Shown here: positions 18,301-26,277 of the stretch, in pieces
How positions within the stretch are numbered: position 1 is the first letter of the stretch
Layout: the number at the start of each line of letters is the position of its first letter
Origin: Verrucomicrobiota bacterium
GTDB lineage: Bacteria > Verrucomicrobiota > Verrucomicrobiia > Limisphaerales > UBA9464
Assembly (NCBI GenBank): GCA_947454705.1
Contig: CANGKZ010000019.1
Coordinates: 13,992-77,991, forward strand
Direction of reading: 5' to 3'
Length of the DNA stretch: 64,000 bases
The notes under the pieces: generated by a model
Told to the model about the DNA's origin: nothing
The model's input: the letters and a program-made list of their open reading frames with translations, nothing else
Databases searched by the model: none
Program-made: the position numbers and the translations under genes

Positions 18301-19252
18301 GCAATCCGCGCGAATTCGAAGCGAGGAATTCGCTGATGGTGATGCCCGGCGGTGGCGTTGTGGAATCCACCGTGTAGTTCCAGGTGGCTCCGGCGAAGGG
18401 CAGGGCTGCTGCGGAGAGATCGGTAATCGCGGTACCCGCCGGGATCGAGACGGTCACGGAGCCATTGGCCACAGCGGGAAATGAAAACACGTACTGGTCA
18501 GGGGCCACCGCCGTGACTCCGGTGGCCGGGGTGCCATTGATGCGAAGGTCCGATGCTTTCACTCCGCGGACGGGTTCGGTGAAGAGCACTTCAATGGAAT
18601 TAAGTCGGGAAACCGCAGCGCCTTCGCTGGGCTGCACCCGGGAAATACGCGGCGCTTCCGAATCAATCGTGGCGGTCAGGGAGGCGTTGAGGACGATGTC
18701 GCTGCTGCTCAGGCTGACGTTGAACACTTGGATCGCGAGGACGTTGACCCCGCTGCGGAGGACCGATTTTGGTGCACCCACCGGGTAGTCCTGCAATTGC
18801 ACCGGCTCGGTGGCGCTGACGCTCGCGAGGCTGTCGAACTTGGGTTCCCCGTCCGGCGCAGCGAATCGCGCCACCTCGCGCCCGTTGATCCATGCGATGA
18901 ATCCGTCGTCCACCTGCACCCGTAGCATCAGTTCCGATACATCCGCCGGATCGGCCACGTTGAAGGTCTTGCGGAGGAAGAGCGTGGTGTACTTGCCCCC
19001 CATGTCGTTGATCAGCGTTCCGTTGAGGGCTTCCCCATAATAAAGAGGCATGGGACCCGATTCCCAGGTGCTGGCGTTGAAGTCGGGGCTTCGCCAGAGG
19101 GTGGTATCGGGGGAGCTCGCTTCGCGGGTCCCGCGGAAGAAACTGACCGTGCTGTCGGTGGGGATCCAGGTCACCACTTCGGCGCGTCCAAGCCAGCTGA
19201 AGGCGTGAACGAGCAAAAGCAGGACGGTGAGTCCGTATCGCAAAGGAGACAT
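15374..19252 (-). CDS. Large secreted CotH-domain protein with lamin-tail (LTD) and Ig-like domains
   Basis: 1292 aa with a signal peptide. LTD-like ISEFLASNS...DWIELANSS..VSLGGWTL and AITELHYHP...EFIELFNFG. CotH blocks YVLEERIEIGKDRV, GGYMMKVDR, FGPLWDFDRALGS. Confidence 0.8.
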   Translation of the reverse strand: MSPLRYGLTVLLLLVHAFSWLGRAEVVTWIPTDSTVSFFRGTREASSPDTTLWRSPDFNASTWESGPMPLYYGEALNGTLINDMGGKYTTLFLRKTFNVADPADVSELMLRVQVDDGFIAWINGREVARFAAPDGEPKFDSLASVSATEPVQLQDYPVGAPKSVLRSGVNVLAIQVFNVSLSSSDIVLNASLTATIDSEAPRISRVQPSEGAAVSRLNSIEVLFTEPVRGVKASDLRINGTPATGVTAVAPDQYVFSFPAVANGSVTVSIPAGTAITDLSAAALPFAGATWNYTVDSTTPPPGITISEFLASNSRGLRDDDGDHSDWIELANSSTDTVSLGGWTLLSGNAAWTFPAVTISAKGRLLVYASGKNRTNITAALHTNFKLSSEGERLALITPTAAIAFEYSPAYPAQRADVSYGHAEGAPTRLGYFTTPTPGQPNSTSGIGFAPDVEFSKTSGTYPSGSLDLTLSLSTNIPNSVIRYTVDGTLPTEASSAYASPLRFVNQAVQVRARAFTTGLLPGTVRSETFIPISAQVASFRSSLPVFLIHDFNKGRPPANVRLFSHFQIFEPGTNGLTSLADAPTLTSRAGISVRGSSTEGIEKASYRVEFRDEFDNDRPVSPLGLPADGDWIMYAPNSFEPVLIHNPFMHQLSRDIGRYSPRTRFVEVYFVGTGTGAVAQTSYAGIYVLEERIEIGKDRVDAGSLQAQNLTAPSITGGYMMKVDRLDPGDSGLGAANQTMGFVEPAEADLRLPARAAQMNYIRGYMNSFGTALYDNIRFTNRTTGFRAYIHTPSWIDHHLLNVLAFNVDALRLSAYFYKERNGLLHFGPLWDFDRALGSTDGRDSNPRVWRSTTSDGGTDFFNYTWWDRVFRDPDFFQDYIDRYQSLRKNEFSTTNLWRLIDDLSNQVRTAQPREVARWGVSPRGGSYQAEVNLMRNWISNRTEFMDRQFVAPAKLVSPGGSVAAGFGAEITPPAGITVYYTLDGTDPRLPGGAISPSAVAYTGTPVRINRNAKLVARSMNPFHSALTGANNPPLKSLWSSPVSATYVVDPVPVAITELHYHPNDASAPGDADNLEFIELFNFGTRSLSFAGMRLRGGVDYDWTTTNNAVLRAGERGVLVRNLERFSAKYPTVSSILGVYGPQQLSNSGERLALFGPLEEPILDFQYDPLWQPQTDGAGYSLVLADENNPGNYGDPAAWRRSTEVGGSPGLPDPAPVFTPGVLEARMDAASKIHLRFEAPAGTAHRIETREQINAGAWSTAAEFQPAATNRTEDVTIPAADAARFYRLLRY

Positions 19253-19387
19253 GGAGCAACCCTTGCAGGAATCGGGCCAGAGAGTCCATTGCGGGGCGGG
19301 GGCGGGGAGGAATTTGCCGGATGCCTCAAAAATGGTTCACCCCGGCGGACTTGCCATCGTCCCGTTCCGTTCTAGCCTCGCGGCAAC

Positions 19388-20620
19388 ATGGATTCGCCCG
19401 AGTCTGATCCCCTTTCCCCGCCGGTGATTCCGCCATCGGCCCCGCCGCCGCAGGCGTCCACTCCGCCCGCAGCGTCGCCGCTGCCCCCTCCACCTCCTAC
19501 CCCTCCGCCATTCGTCCGGCCTGGGGCGTCCGCCTCGGCAACTCCTCCGGGAGGCCGGGGTGGTGGTGCCTGGAAGTGGATTGCGGTCTGCCTGGCCCTC
19601 GTCCTTTTCGCGAGCCTGTTCGTGAATCTCGTGCTGGGAGTGAAGAAACTCGGAGACTTCGCCAGCGTTCACGAAAGCCACGCCTCCCACAGCGCGTCCC
19701 AGCTCCAGGAAGTGGTGCTCGAGGATGATGAGTCCAAGGACAAGATTGCCGTCATCGATGTAGACGGGGTCATTTCCGGGGAAACCGGCCGCAGCGGGAC
19801 GAGCTTGGTTGAATCGATCCGGGATCAACTGGACCGTGCCGCCGAAGATGGGCATGTGAAGGCGGTCATTCTCCGCGTCGATTCGCCGGGGGGCGAAGTT
19901 CTGGCGAGCGATGAGATCTATCGGTACGTCCAACGATTCCAGACCAACACCGACATTCCGGTGATCGCCAGCATGGGTTCCATCGCGGCATCGGGCGGGT
20001 ATTACGTCAGTGCTCCGTGCCGCTGGATCGTGGCCAACGAGCTGACCATCACCGGCAGCATTGGCGTGATCTTCCACACTTACAACTACCGCGCCCTGAT
20101 GGACAAGGTGGGCGTCCGTCCCGGAGTGGTGAAGAGCGGTAAGCTCAAGGACATGCTCAGCCCCGACAAACGCGCCGAGGATGAACTGCCGGAAGAGCGG
20201 GCCATTCTCGCCGGGATGATCGATGAGAGCTACGCCCGGTTTGCGTCGGTGATCGTCTCGGGCCGCACCTGGTCGGCGGAGCAAAATAAAAAGGAAAACG
20301 TCACAGATGGGCACCCGCTCGCCTCGAATTGGAAGGAGTTCGCCGATGGTCGAATTCTTTCCGGGAATCAGGCGCTGAAGCTGGGACTCGTGGATGAAAT
20401 TGGAAACTTCGACACCGCTGTGTCGCGCGCCCTCGCGTTGGCGGATCTTGATTCGGCCAAGATCGTCACCTTTGAACCCGCGCCGAATTTCTCCAACCTC
20501 CTGCGCCTGCTTGGCAAGTCCGATGCCAAGTCGATGCAGGTGAATCTCGGTGGCGTGGACCTGGTGCCCAAACTCCCGCAGGGCCGCCTGTATTTCATGT
20601 CGTCCCTGCATCTGCATTGA
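19388..20620 (+). CDS. sppA: Signal peptide peptidase SppA (36K type) with Pro-rich N-terminus
   Basis: VDSPGGEVLASDEIY, ASMGSIAASGGYYVSAPC, ITGSIGV, SGKLKD blocks. TM helix WIAVCLALVLFASLFVNLVL. Confidence 0.88.
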   Translation: MDSPESDPLSPPVIPPSAPPPQASTPPAASPLPPPPPTPPPFVRPGASASATPPGGRGGGAWKWIAVCLALVLFASLFVNLVLGVKKLGDFASVHESHASHSASQLQEVVLEDDESKDKIAVIDVDGVISGETGRSGTSLVESIRDQLDRAAEDGHVKAVILRVDSPGGEVLASDEIYRYVQRFQTNTDIPVIASMGSIAASGGYYVSAPCRWIVANELTITGSIGVIFHTYNYRALMDKVGVRPGVVKSGKLKDMLSPDKRAEDELPEERAILAGMIDESYARFASVIVSGRTWSAEQNKKENVTDGHPLASNWKEFADGRILSGNQALKLGLVDEIGNFDTAVSRALALADLDSAKIVTFEPAPNFSNLLRLLGKSDAKSMQVNLGGVDLVPKLPQGRLYFMSSLHLH

Positions 20621-20826
20621 TCGGTGCCAAGGCGGGCATGCTGCGGGGGCTCATTGACGGTTCGGTCTCCTCGTTGATCTGCGTTCAAATGCGGTTGGAA
20701 GTGGAATTTCGCATCGGCCGCTCCAATTGCCCGGAGGCGGATGCGCAGTAACTTCGGCGCCATCGCGGCCCCTGTTGGGCGGCGATCGAACGATCAACAA
20801 CTGGAACTCGATTTTAGGATCAAGCG

Positions 20827-21549
20827 ATGACACTGGCACTGATGATGGGACCGTACTGGTGGATGGCGATTCCGCCGATGCTAGTCGCCCTGTGGGCGCA
20901 GTACCGCCTGCAGTCCACCTATTCAGAACTCTCCCAGGTGGGAACCGACCGTGGAATGACCGGGGCCGAGGCCGCGCGGGAAATCCTCGATCGCAATGGC
21001 CTTGCCGGGGTACCGATTCATGAAGTCCCGGGAGAGTTGACCGATCATTACGACCCGACGAAGCGCGCGGTGTTCCTCTCGGAAGGAACGGCCTACAGCA
21101 CCAGCGTGGCGGCGGTCGGGGTGGCGGCCCACGAGGTGGGCCACGCTCTCCAGCACAAGGAGGCGTACTCCATGCTGGGCCTGCGCATGGCGTTGGTGCC
21201 GGTGACCGGAATCGCCAGCACGGCGTCCACGATCCTGATCTTCATCGGATTCCTGCTCGGCCAGATGCGCGGGTTCTATGGACTCGGAAACACGCTGCTC
21301 ATCCTGGGCATCGGGTTTTTCTCCCTGGTGGCGTTCTTCCAGATCATCACGCTGCCGGTCGAATACGACGCCAGCTCCCGGGCCAAGGCTCAGCTTCAGC
21401 GGCTCGGTCTGGTGACTCCCCGCGAGCATGAAGGAGTGGACCGCGTGCTCTCGGCAGCCGCGCTGACCTATGTTGCTGCGATGTTCGCCGCGGTCAGTCA
21501 GCTGCTTCAGTTGATGCTCACCGCGCGCAGTCGAGATGACGAGCGGTGA
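20827..21549 (+). CDS. Membrane zinc metallopeptidase (Zn_peptidase_2 family)
   Basis: 240 aa. N-terminal TM, DHYDP..RAVFLSE, HEVGHALQH zinc motif, C-terminal TM helices with LPVEYDASSRA. Confidence 0.8.
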   Translation: MTLALMMGPYWWMAIPPMLVALWAQYRLQSTYSELSQVGTDRGMTGAEAAREILDRNGLAGVPIHEVPGELTDHYDPTKRAVFLSEGTAYSTSVAAVGVAAHEVGHALQHKEAYSMLGLRMALVPVTGIASTASTILIFIGFLLGQMRGFYGLGNTLLILGIGFFSLVAFFQIITLPVEYDASSRAKAQLQRLGLVTPREHEGVDRVLSAAALTYVAAMFAAVSQLLQLMLTARSRDDER

Positions 21550-21577
21550 CCCGCGAAAGCGCCGCGGAAACGCGTTT

Positions 21578-21617
21578 CAAAACCCGGGAGCGTCCCATCG
21601 GATGCCCCGGGTTTTTT
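21578..21617 (+). terminator. Rho-independent terminator
   Basis: aaaacccggg...ccccgggtttttt hairpin 28 nt after the stop codon. Confidence 0.7.
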
Positions 21618-21693
21618 GCGTCCAGGAAAAGTTCGCCATTGCAACCGCTGGCCGTCCGAATACCACTTCGCGGCGTGCTCTTGATCGTCCCCA

Positions 21694-22974
21694 GTGAAAC
21701 CAACTGATCTCCGCGGAATTCTCCGCTACATCCCCCGTTATCGGGAGAAGACCTTCGTGGTGGCCGTGGATGGTGCGGTGGTCACCGATGACAACTTCGC
21801 CAACCTGCTTCTGGACCTGGCGGTTCTTCGATCCCTGAACATCCGCATCGTGCTCGTGCACGGAGCAGCGGAGCAGATCCGGGCGCTAGGCGTCGAACGC
21901 CACATCACGCCGACGAATCTCGACGGTACGGGCATCACGGATGCCGACACGCTCCAGCTGGCCCTCACCGCTGCGAACCGTCTCACGCACGAAATCCTGG
22001 AAGGTCTCGCGGCAAATGATCTTCGCGCAGTTTCCACGAATGCGGTCATCGCGCATCCGCTCGGAATCTTGGGCGGCGTGGATCATCTCTTCACTGGCAA
22101 GGTGGAGCGGGTGGATGTGGAATTTCTCCAATCGCTCCTCGCGCAGGGCATCGTTCCCGTGGTTCCGCCGCTGGGATTCGATGGCGATGGGAAGACCTAC
22201 CGGGTGAATTCGGATTCCATCGCCGCCAACCTGGCCGATCAGCTGCGGGCGATGAAGTTGATTTATGTGACAGGCACCGACGGGTTGACGCGTCAGGGCA
22301 ATCTTCTCCGTCAGCTTCCAGTGGCGGAGTTGAAGCAGATCATTGCGCACTCGCCTGGTGACCTGCCGGCCGAGGTGCTGTCCAAGGCTCGTTTCGCGGT
22401 GACTGCCTGCGAAGCCGGCGTGCCGCGCGTGCATGTCATCAACGGCCGCGTGGATGAAGGGTTGCTGGCCGAGATCTTCTCCAACGAGGGCGTGGGCACG
22501 ATGATCTACGCCAACGAATACCAGCAGATCCGTCGGGCGCTGAAGAAGGACATCCGGAGCCTGCTGCAGCTGACCAAAAATTCTGTCGCCAGTTCCGAGC
22601 TGGTGAAGCGCACGCGCGCGGCGATCGAAAAGCAGATCGGCGATTACTACCTGTTCGAAATCGACAAGAACCCGGTGGCTTGCGTCGCGCTGCATCTGTA
22701 TCCGGAACAGAACAAGGGCGAACTCGCCTTCCTGTTCGTGAATCCGTCGCACGAAAACCAGGGCATCGGACGCAAGCTTGTGCAGTTCGTCGAAACCAAG
22801 GCGCGCGAACTCGGCGTTGCGGAATTGATCACGCTCTCCACCCAGGCGTTCACCTGGTTCCAGGGCAAGGCGGGGTTTGTGGAAGGCAGTCCCGACGACC
22901 TCCCGCCTCATCGTCGTGAGCGGTACGATTCCTCAGGACGGCACTCGAAGGTGCTGGTGAAGAAGCTGCGTTGA
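21694..22974 (+). CDS. argA: Amino-acid N-acetyltransferase (N-acetylglutamate synthase)
   Basis: 426 aa, GTG start. N-terminal amino-acid-kinase fold (TFVVAVDG, IVLVHGAA, VPVVPPLGFD) plus C-terminal GNAT (VNPSHENQGIGRKLV). Confidence 0.88.
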   Translation: MKPTDLRGILRYIPRYREKTFVVAVDGAVVTDDNFANLLLDLAVLRSLNIRIVLVHGAAEQIRALGVERHITPTNLDGTGITDADTLQLALTAANRLTHEILEGLAANDLRAVSTNAVIAHPLGILGGVDHLFTGKVERVDVEFLQSLLAQGIVPVVPPLGFDGDGKTYRVNSDSIAANLADQLRAMKLIYVTGTDGLTRQGNLLRQLPVAELKQIIAHSPGDLPAEVLSKARFAVTACEAGVPRVHVINGRVDEGLLAEIFSNEGVGTMIYANEYQQIRRALKKDIRSLLQLTKNSVASSELVKRTRAAIEKQIGDYYLFEIDKNPVACVALHLYPEQNKGELAFLFVNPSHENQGIGRKLVQFVETKARELGVAELITLSTQAFTWFQGKAGFVEGSPDDLPPHRRERYDSSGRHSKVLVKKLR

Positions 22975-22990
22975 GGCGGCTGATGCCGCG

Positions 22991-23033
22991 GTTGAAGGGG
23001 TGAAAAGTTGAAGCGTTGAAGCGTTGAAGGGGG
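22991..23033. repeat. GTTGAAG-family REP module
   Basis: gttgaaggggtgaaaagttgaagcgttgaagcgttgaaggggg, 17 nt after the argA stop. Confidence 0.75.
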
Positions 23034-23283
23034 AAAACGGCGCGGTGACGCACCAACGGCGCCGTGCTCATCGTCTGTAGGGCAGAGCTGCCGCTCTGCC
23101 GATGCTTCAAAACGACCAGCGTCAGCGCCGTCGTTGCCGGATTGGAAGCCTCCCGGTGGAACGATCTCCCCCAACAACGTTGAATCGAGAGTCGTTAATG
23201 AAGGGAGTCCGTTCGCTCGATCGAGCGGCGACAAGTCTCGGTATAAAGTCCGGTGCGATTCTTACCCGCTCCCCGCTTCAAAC

Positions 23284-23320
23284 AAAACGGCACCGCGGAG
23301 GATTCCACGGTGCCGTTTTT
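23284..23320. terminator. Bidirectional rho-independent terminator
   Basis: aaaacggcaccg-cggaggattcca-cggtgccgttttt: A-run on the 5' side and T-run on the 3' side. Sits between the convergent argA and sod genes. Confidence 0.75.
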
Positions 23321-23359
23321 GCTTTGAAATGAAGCGATCGAATCGCCCGGAGAGTCAGA

Positions 23360-24085
23360 TCAGCCGGCGATCTTTTCGAAGCGCTGCTGGATGAACTCCC
23401 AGTTGATCAACGGGAAGAAGGCCTTCACGTAGTCGGCGCGGCGGTTCTGGAACTTCAGGTAGTAGGCGTGCTCCCACAGGTCGAGGCCCACCAGCGGCGT
23501 GCTGCCCTTGGAGAGCGGCGAATCCTGGTTGGGGAGGGATTCGAGAACGAGCTTCTTTGAAGAATCGATCGACAGCCAAACCCATCCGCTGCCGAACAGG
23601 GTGAGGCACTTTTCGAGGAACAGCTTTTGTCCCTCTTCCTTGTCGCCGAACAACGAGCCGAGGGCCTCGGCGAGAGGACCTTCAGGGCCGGAGCCGCCTT
23701 CGGGACGGAGGGTCTGCCAGAAGAGCGTATGATTGTAGTGCCCGCCGCCGTGATTGCGCACCGCGGTGCGGATCTTCTCCGGGACCTTGTTGAGGTCCTT
23801 GAGCAGCTCCTCGACGCTGAGCTTCTGCAGGTCGGGATAATCGGCCAGCGCCTTGTTCAGATTGGTGACGTACGCGGCGTGATGCTTGTCGTGATGGATT
23901 TCCATCGTCCGGGCATCGAAGTGGGGCTCCAGCGCGTTGGCGGCGTAGGGCAGGGGCTCCAGTTTGTGCGGACCGGTGGCAGCGGCGGCCTGGGCGAGGG
24001 CGCGGGTCACCGAAGTGCTCAGGAAGAATCCGGCGGAGAGCAGGCCGGTCGATTTCAGGGCCTGGCGGCGTGAGAGAAGCGTCAT
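23360..24085 (-). CDS. Fe/Mn superoxide dismutase with twin-arginine signal peptide
   Basis: HHDKHHAAYV, NHTLFW, DLWEHAYYLKFQNRRADY signatures. N-terminus MTLLSRRQALKSTGLLSAGFFLSTSVTRALA. Start set at the ATG at 24085. Confidence 0.9.
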   Translation of the reverse strand: MTLLSRRQALKSTGLLSAGFFLSTSVTRALAQAAAATGPHKLEPLPYAANALEPHFDARTMEIHHDKHHAAYVTNLNKALADYPDLQKLSVEELLKDLNKVPEKIRTAVRNHGGGHYNHTLFWQTLRPEGGSGPEGPLAEALGSLFGDKEEGQKLFLEKCLTLFGSGWVWLSIDSSKKLVLESLPNQDSPLSKGSTPLVGLDLWEHAYYLKFQNRRADYVKAFFPLINWEFIQQRFEKIAG

Positions 24086-24265
24086 GGAATCAGGACTGGG
24101 GTTTGGTTGATGTACGTCGGACAATTGCGTCATCCCCAAGGGGACGCAAGTGCCGGACGGATGACAACGCTCCGGGATTCATGTTCAACGGAGCTGCAAC
24201 TTCTCCTGCAAATCGCACTGTCCCACCCCGGGGTGCCGCGCTAGGTTGCCGCCGATCGCCACCTC

Positions 24266-24811
24266 ATGGATTCCGGCAACGATTCGCTCCAACCCCGTCC
24301 GCGTCCCTCCTGGGCGCAGATTCTTTTGGTGGGACGCAATCCCAAGGTGACGGCCGTTCGCCTGATCGCCACCGCGTTGCTGGTGCTGGGATACTTTCGG
24401 TGGATGGCACTTCCGATCCGGGTGACCGGCGTCAGCATGGAGCCCACCTTTGTCGACGGGCAGAAAACCTCCATCAACCGGATCTCGCTGTGGATGCACC
24501 CCCCCGAGCGCGGGGACATCCTGGCGATCCGCACTTCGGGACTGCATAACCTCCTGCTCAAGCGCGTCATCGCCCTCCCCGGGGAACGGGTCCGTATCAG
24601 TCGTGGTACGGTTTACATCAATGGCAATCCGCTGGAGGAACTCTACGTGGTGAAACGCGCCCCATGGAACTGGCCGCGGGATCGGGAGGATGAGGTGATC
24701 GGACCCGATGAATTTCTCGTCATTGGCGACAACCGCGGCATGCCTCAGGACCGTCATGAATTTGGCGTGGCCCGACGCGAGCGTCTGGTGGGAAGGGCCA
24801 CGCACAAATGA
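24266..24811 (+). CDS. lepB: Signal peptidase I
   Basis: VTGVSMEPTF (catalytic Ser box), LKRVIALPGERV, GTVYINGNPL, VIGDNRGMPQD. Confidence 0.88.
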   Translation: MDSGNDSLQPRPRPSWAQILLVGRNPKVTAVRLIATALLVLGYFRWMALPIRVTGVSMEPTFVDGQKTSINRISLWMHPPERGDILAIRTSGLHNLLLKRVIALPGERVRISRGTVYINGNPLEELYVVKRAPWNWPRDREDEVIGPDEFLVIGDNRGMPQDRHEFGVARRERLVGRATHK

Positions 24812-25308
24812 GCCGCGGGTTTTTCAACGCCCTGCTGGGACTTTTCGCGATCGGAGCCGTTGGTGCATTTCTGTTTTTGCGTCCCACCGAGTCGCGTCGC
24901 GTGGTGAAGGCGGTCGAGGCCATGGCCCGTGAGGCGAGTTACAAGCCCTCGGAAGGCTCCGTCCGCCGACTCGCCCGCATGGAGACGCTGGTGAATTCCT
25001 TCACCGAGGATGCAGTGTTGCGCTTCGAAAGCCTGGGCATGCCGTCCGGGGTGCTGAGCGGACGCGATGAAATCCGACAGCTGGCCGGGGCGGCGTTTCG
25101 ACTGCCCGGCGGGCTGGAGGTCCAGTGCTTCGATCCGGTGGTGGATCTGGGGCCCGAACCCGACACGGCCAAGGTGCATCTCACCGCCACCGCCACGAGC
25201 GGACGTCAGGAAGCGTTCACGGCGCAGGAGTTCGAGTTCAAACTCGTGAAGAAGGAAGGCCGCTGGCTGGTGCGCGAGGTGAACACGGTCCGCACGCTGC
25301 GACGCTGA
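24808..25308 (+). CDS. Membrane-anchored hypothetical protein (NTF2/SnoaL-like fold guess)
   Basis: 166 aa. ATGA overlap with the lepB stop. N-terminal TM helix. C-terminal KKEGRWLVREV is typical of NTF2-like proteins. Function unknown. Confidence 0.5.
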   Translation: MSRGFFNALLGLFAIGAVGAFLFLRPTESRRVVKAVEAMAREASYKPSEGSVRRLARMETLVNSFTEDAVLRFESLGMPSGVLSGRDEIRQLAGAAFRLPGGLEVQCFDPVVDLGPEPDTAKVHLTATATSGRQEAFTAQEFEFKLVKKEGRWLVREVNTVRTLRR

Positions 25309-25397
25309 CCGGTGGGTTGGATGGGGGATGTTTCTCGCGCCGGTCGTGACTTGAGACCGGGGAAGAGAGCTCACTCACGGAATTGGAAGCAGGCAGG

Positions 25398-25523
25398 GAG
25401 TACCGCGTTTACGCCGATCGGGTGGGCGCGCAGGAACTCGTCGGGTCAAAGGAATCAAATCGGTGCGGGTGCGAGTTTCGTCCAACAGCAGAGCCGCGTA
25501 AACGCGGTACTCCGAACGTGTGA
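25398..25523. repeat. Inverted pair of GAGTACCGCGTTTACGC modules flanking ~65 bp
   Basis: Left arm ggagtaccgcgtttacgcc (25398-25416). Right arm ccaacagcagagccgcgtaaacgcggtactccgaacgtgtga (25482-25523). Confidence 0.7.
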
Positions 25524-25583
25524 ACGGACCGCCTTCGACTCGGCCCGGTCCTCATTGATGGCACCCTGAACGACCACTCGAGC

Positions 25584-26216
25584 TCAGTGCTTCGCCGCGA
25601 ATTTCACGAAATTGGCGAGGAGCTGGAGGCCCACCGTCTGGCTTTTCTCCGGGTGGAACTGCGTTGCCCACACGTTGTCCTTGCGAATCGCCGCGGCGAA
25701 TCGAACGCCGTATTCGGTCTCGCCGGCCACGATGGACGGATCCGCAGGCTTCGGAAAAAAGCTGTGAACGAAATAGAAGTGGCTGCGCTCGGGAATGCCC
25801 TGGAACAGCGGGCAATCGGGCTGGGTCACGTTGACCTCGTTCCATCCGATCTGCGGCACCTTGAGATTCGGCTCGGCTGCAGTCGGGTGAAACCGAACGA
25901 CCGGCCCCTGGAACACGCCCAATCCGAGCGCGCAGGAATTGAACTCCTCGCTGCGTTCGAACAGCGCCTGATATCCGACGCAAATTCCGAGGAACGGTTT
26001 TCCGGCACGGATCCATTCCACCGCCGCGGCCCCGAGGGCCTGGCGGTTCATGGCGTTCATACAGTCGTCAAACGCGCCCACGCCGGGGAGCACCATGCCA
26101 TGCGCTGATGAAAGGTCGGCAGGCGACGACACACGACGCACTTCCGCCCCAGCGGCAGTGAGAGCCTTTTCCACGCTCCGAATATTTCCGGCACCGTAAT
26201 CAAGTAGCGCTAGCAC
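25584..26216 (-). CDS. hisH: Imidazole glycerol phosphate synthase, glutamine amidotransferase subunit
   Basis: MLALLDYGAGNIRSV, LPGVGAF, GICVGYQ, HSFF, TQFHPEKS: class-I GATase/HisH blocks. Confidence 0.92.
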   Translation of the reverse strand: MLALLDYGAGNIRSVEKALTAAGAEVRRVSSPADLSSAHGMVLPGVGAFDDCMNAMNRQALGAAAVEWIRAGKPFLGICVGYQALFERSEEFNSCALGLGVFQGPVVRFHPTAAEPNLKVPQIGWNEVNVTQPDCPLFQGIPERSHFYFVHSFFPKPADPSIVAGETEYGVRFAAAIRKDNVWATQFHPEKSQTVGLQLLANFVKFAAKH

Positions 26217-26277
26217 GACGGGATAGTGATGGAAAATCCGGGAGAAGGCAAAAGGTCGAGCGGAGTGGGAAGACGGC

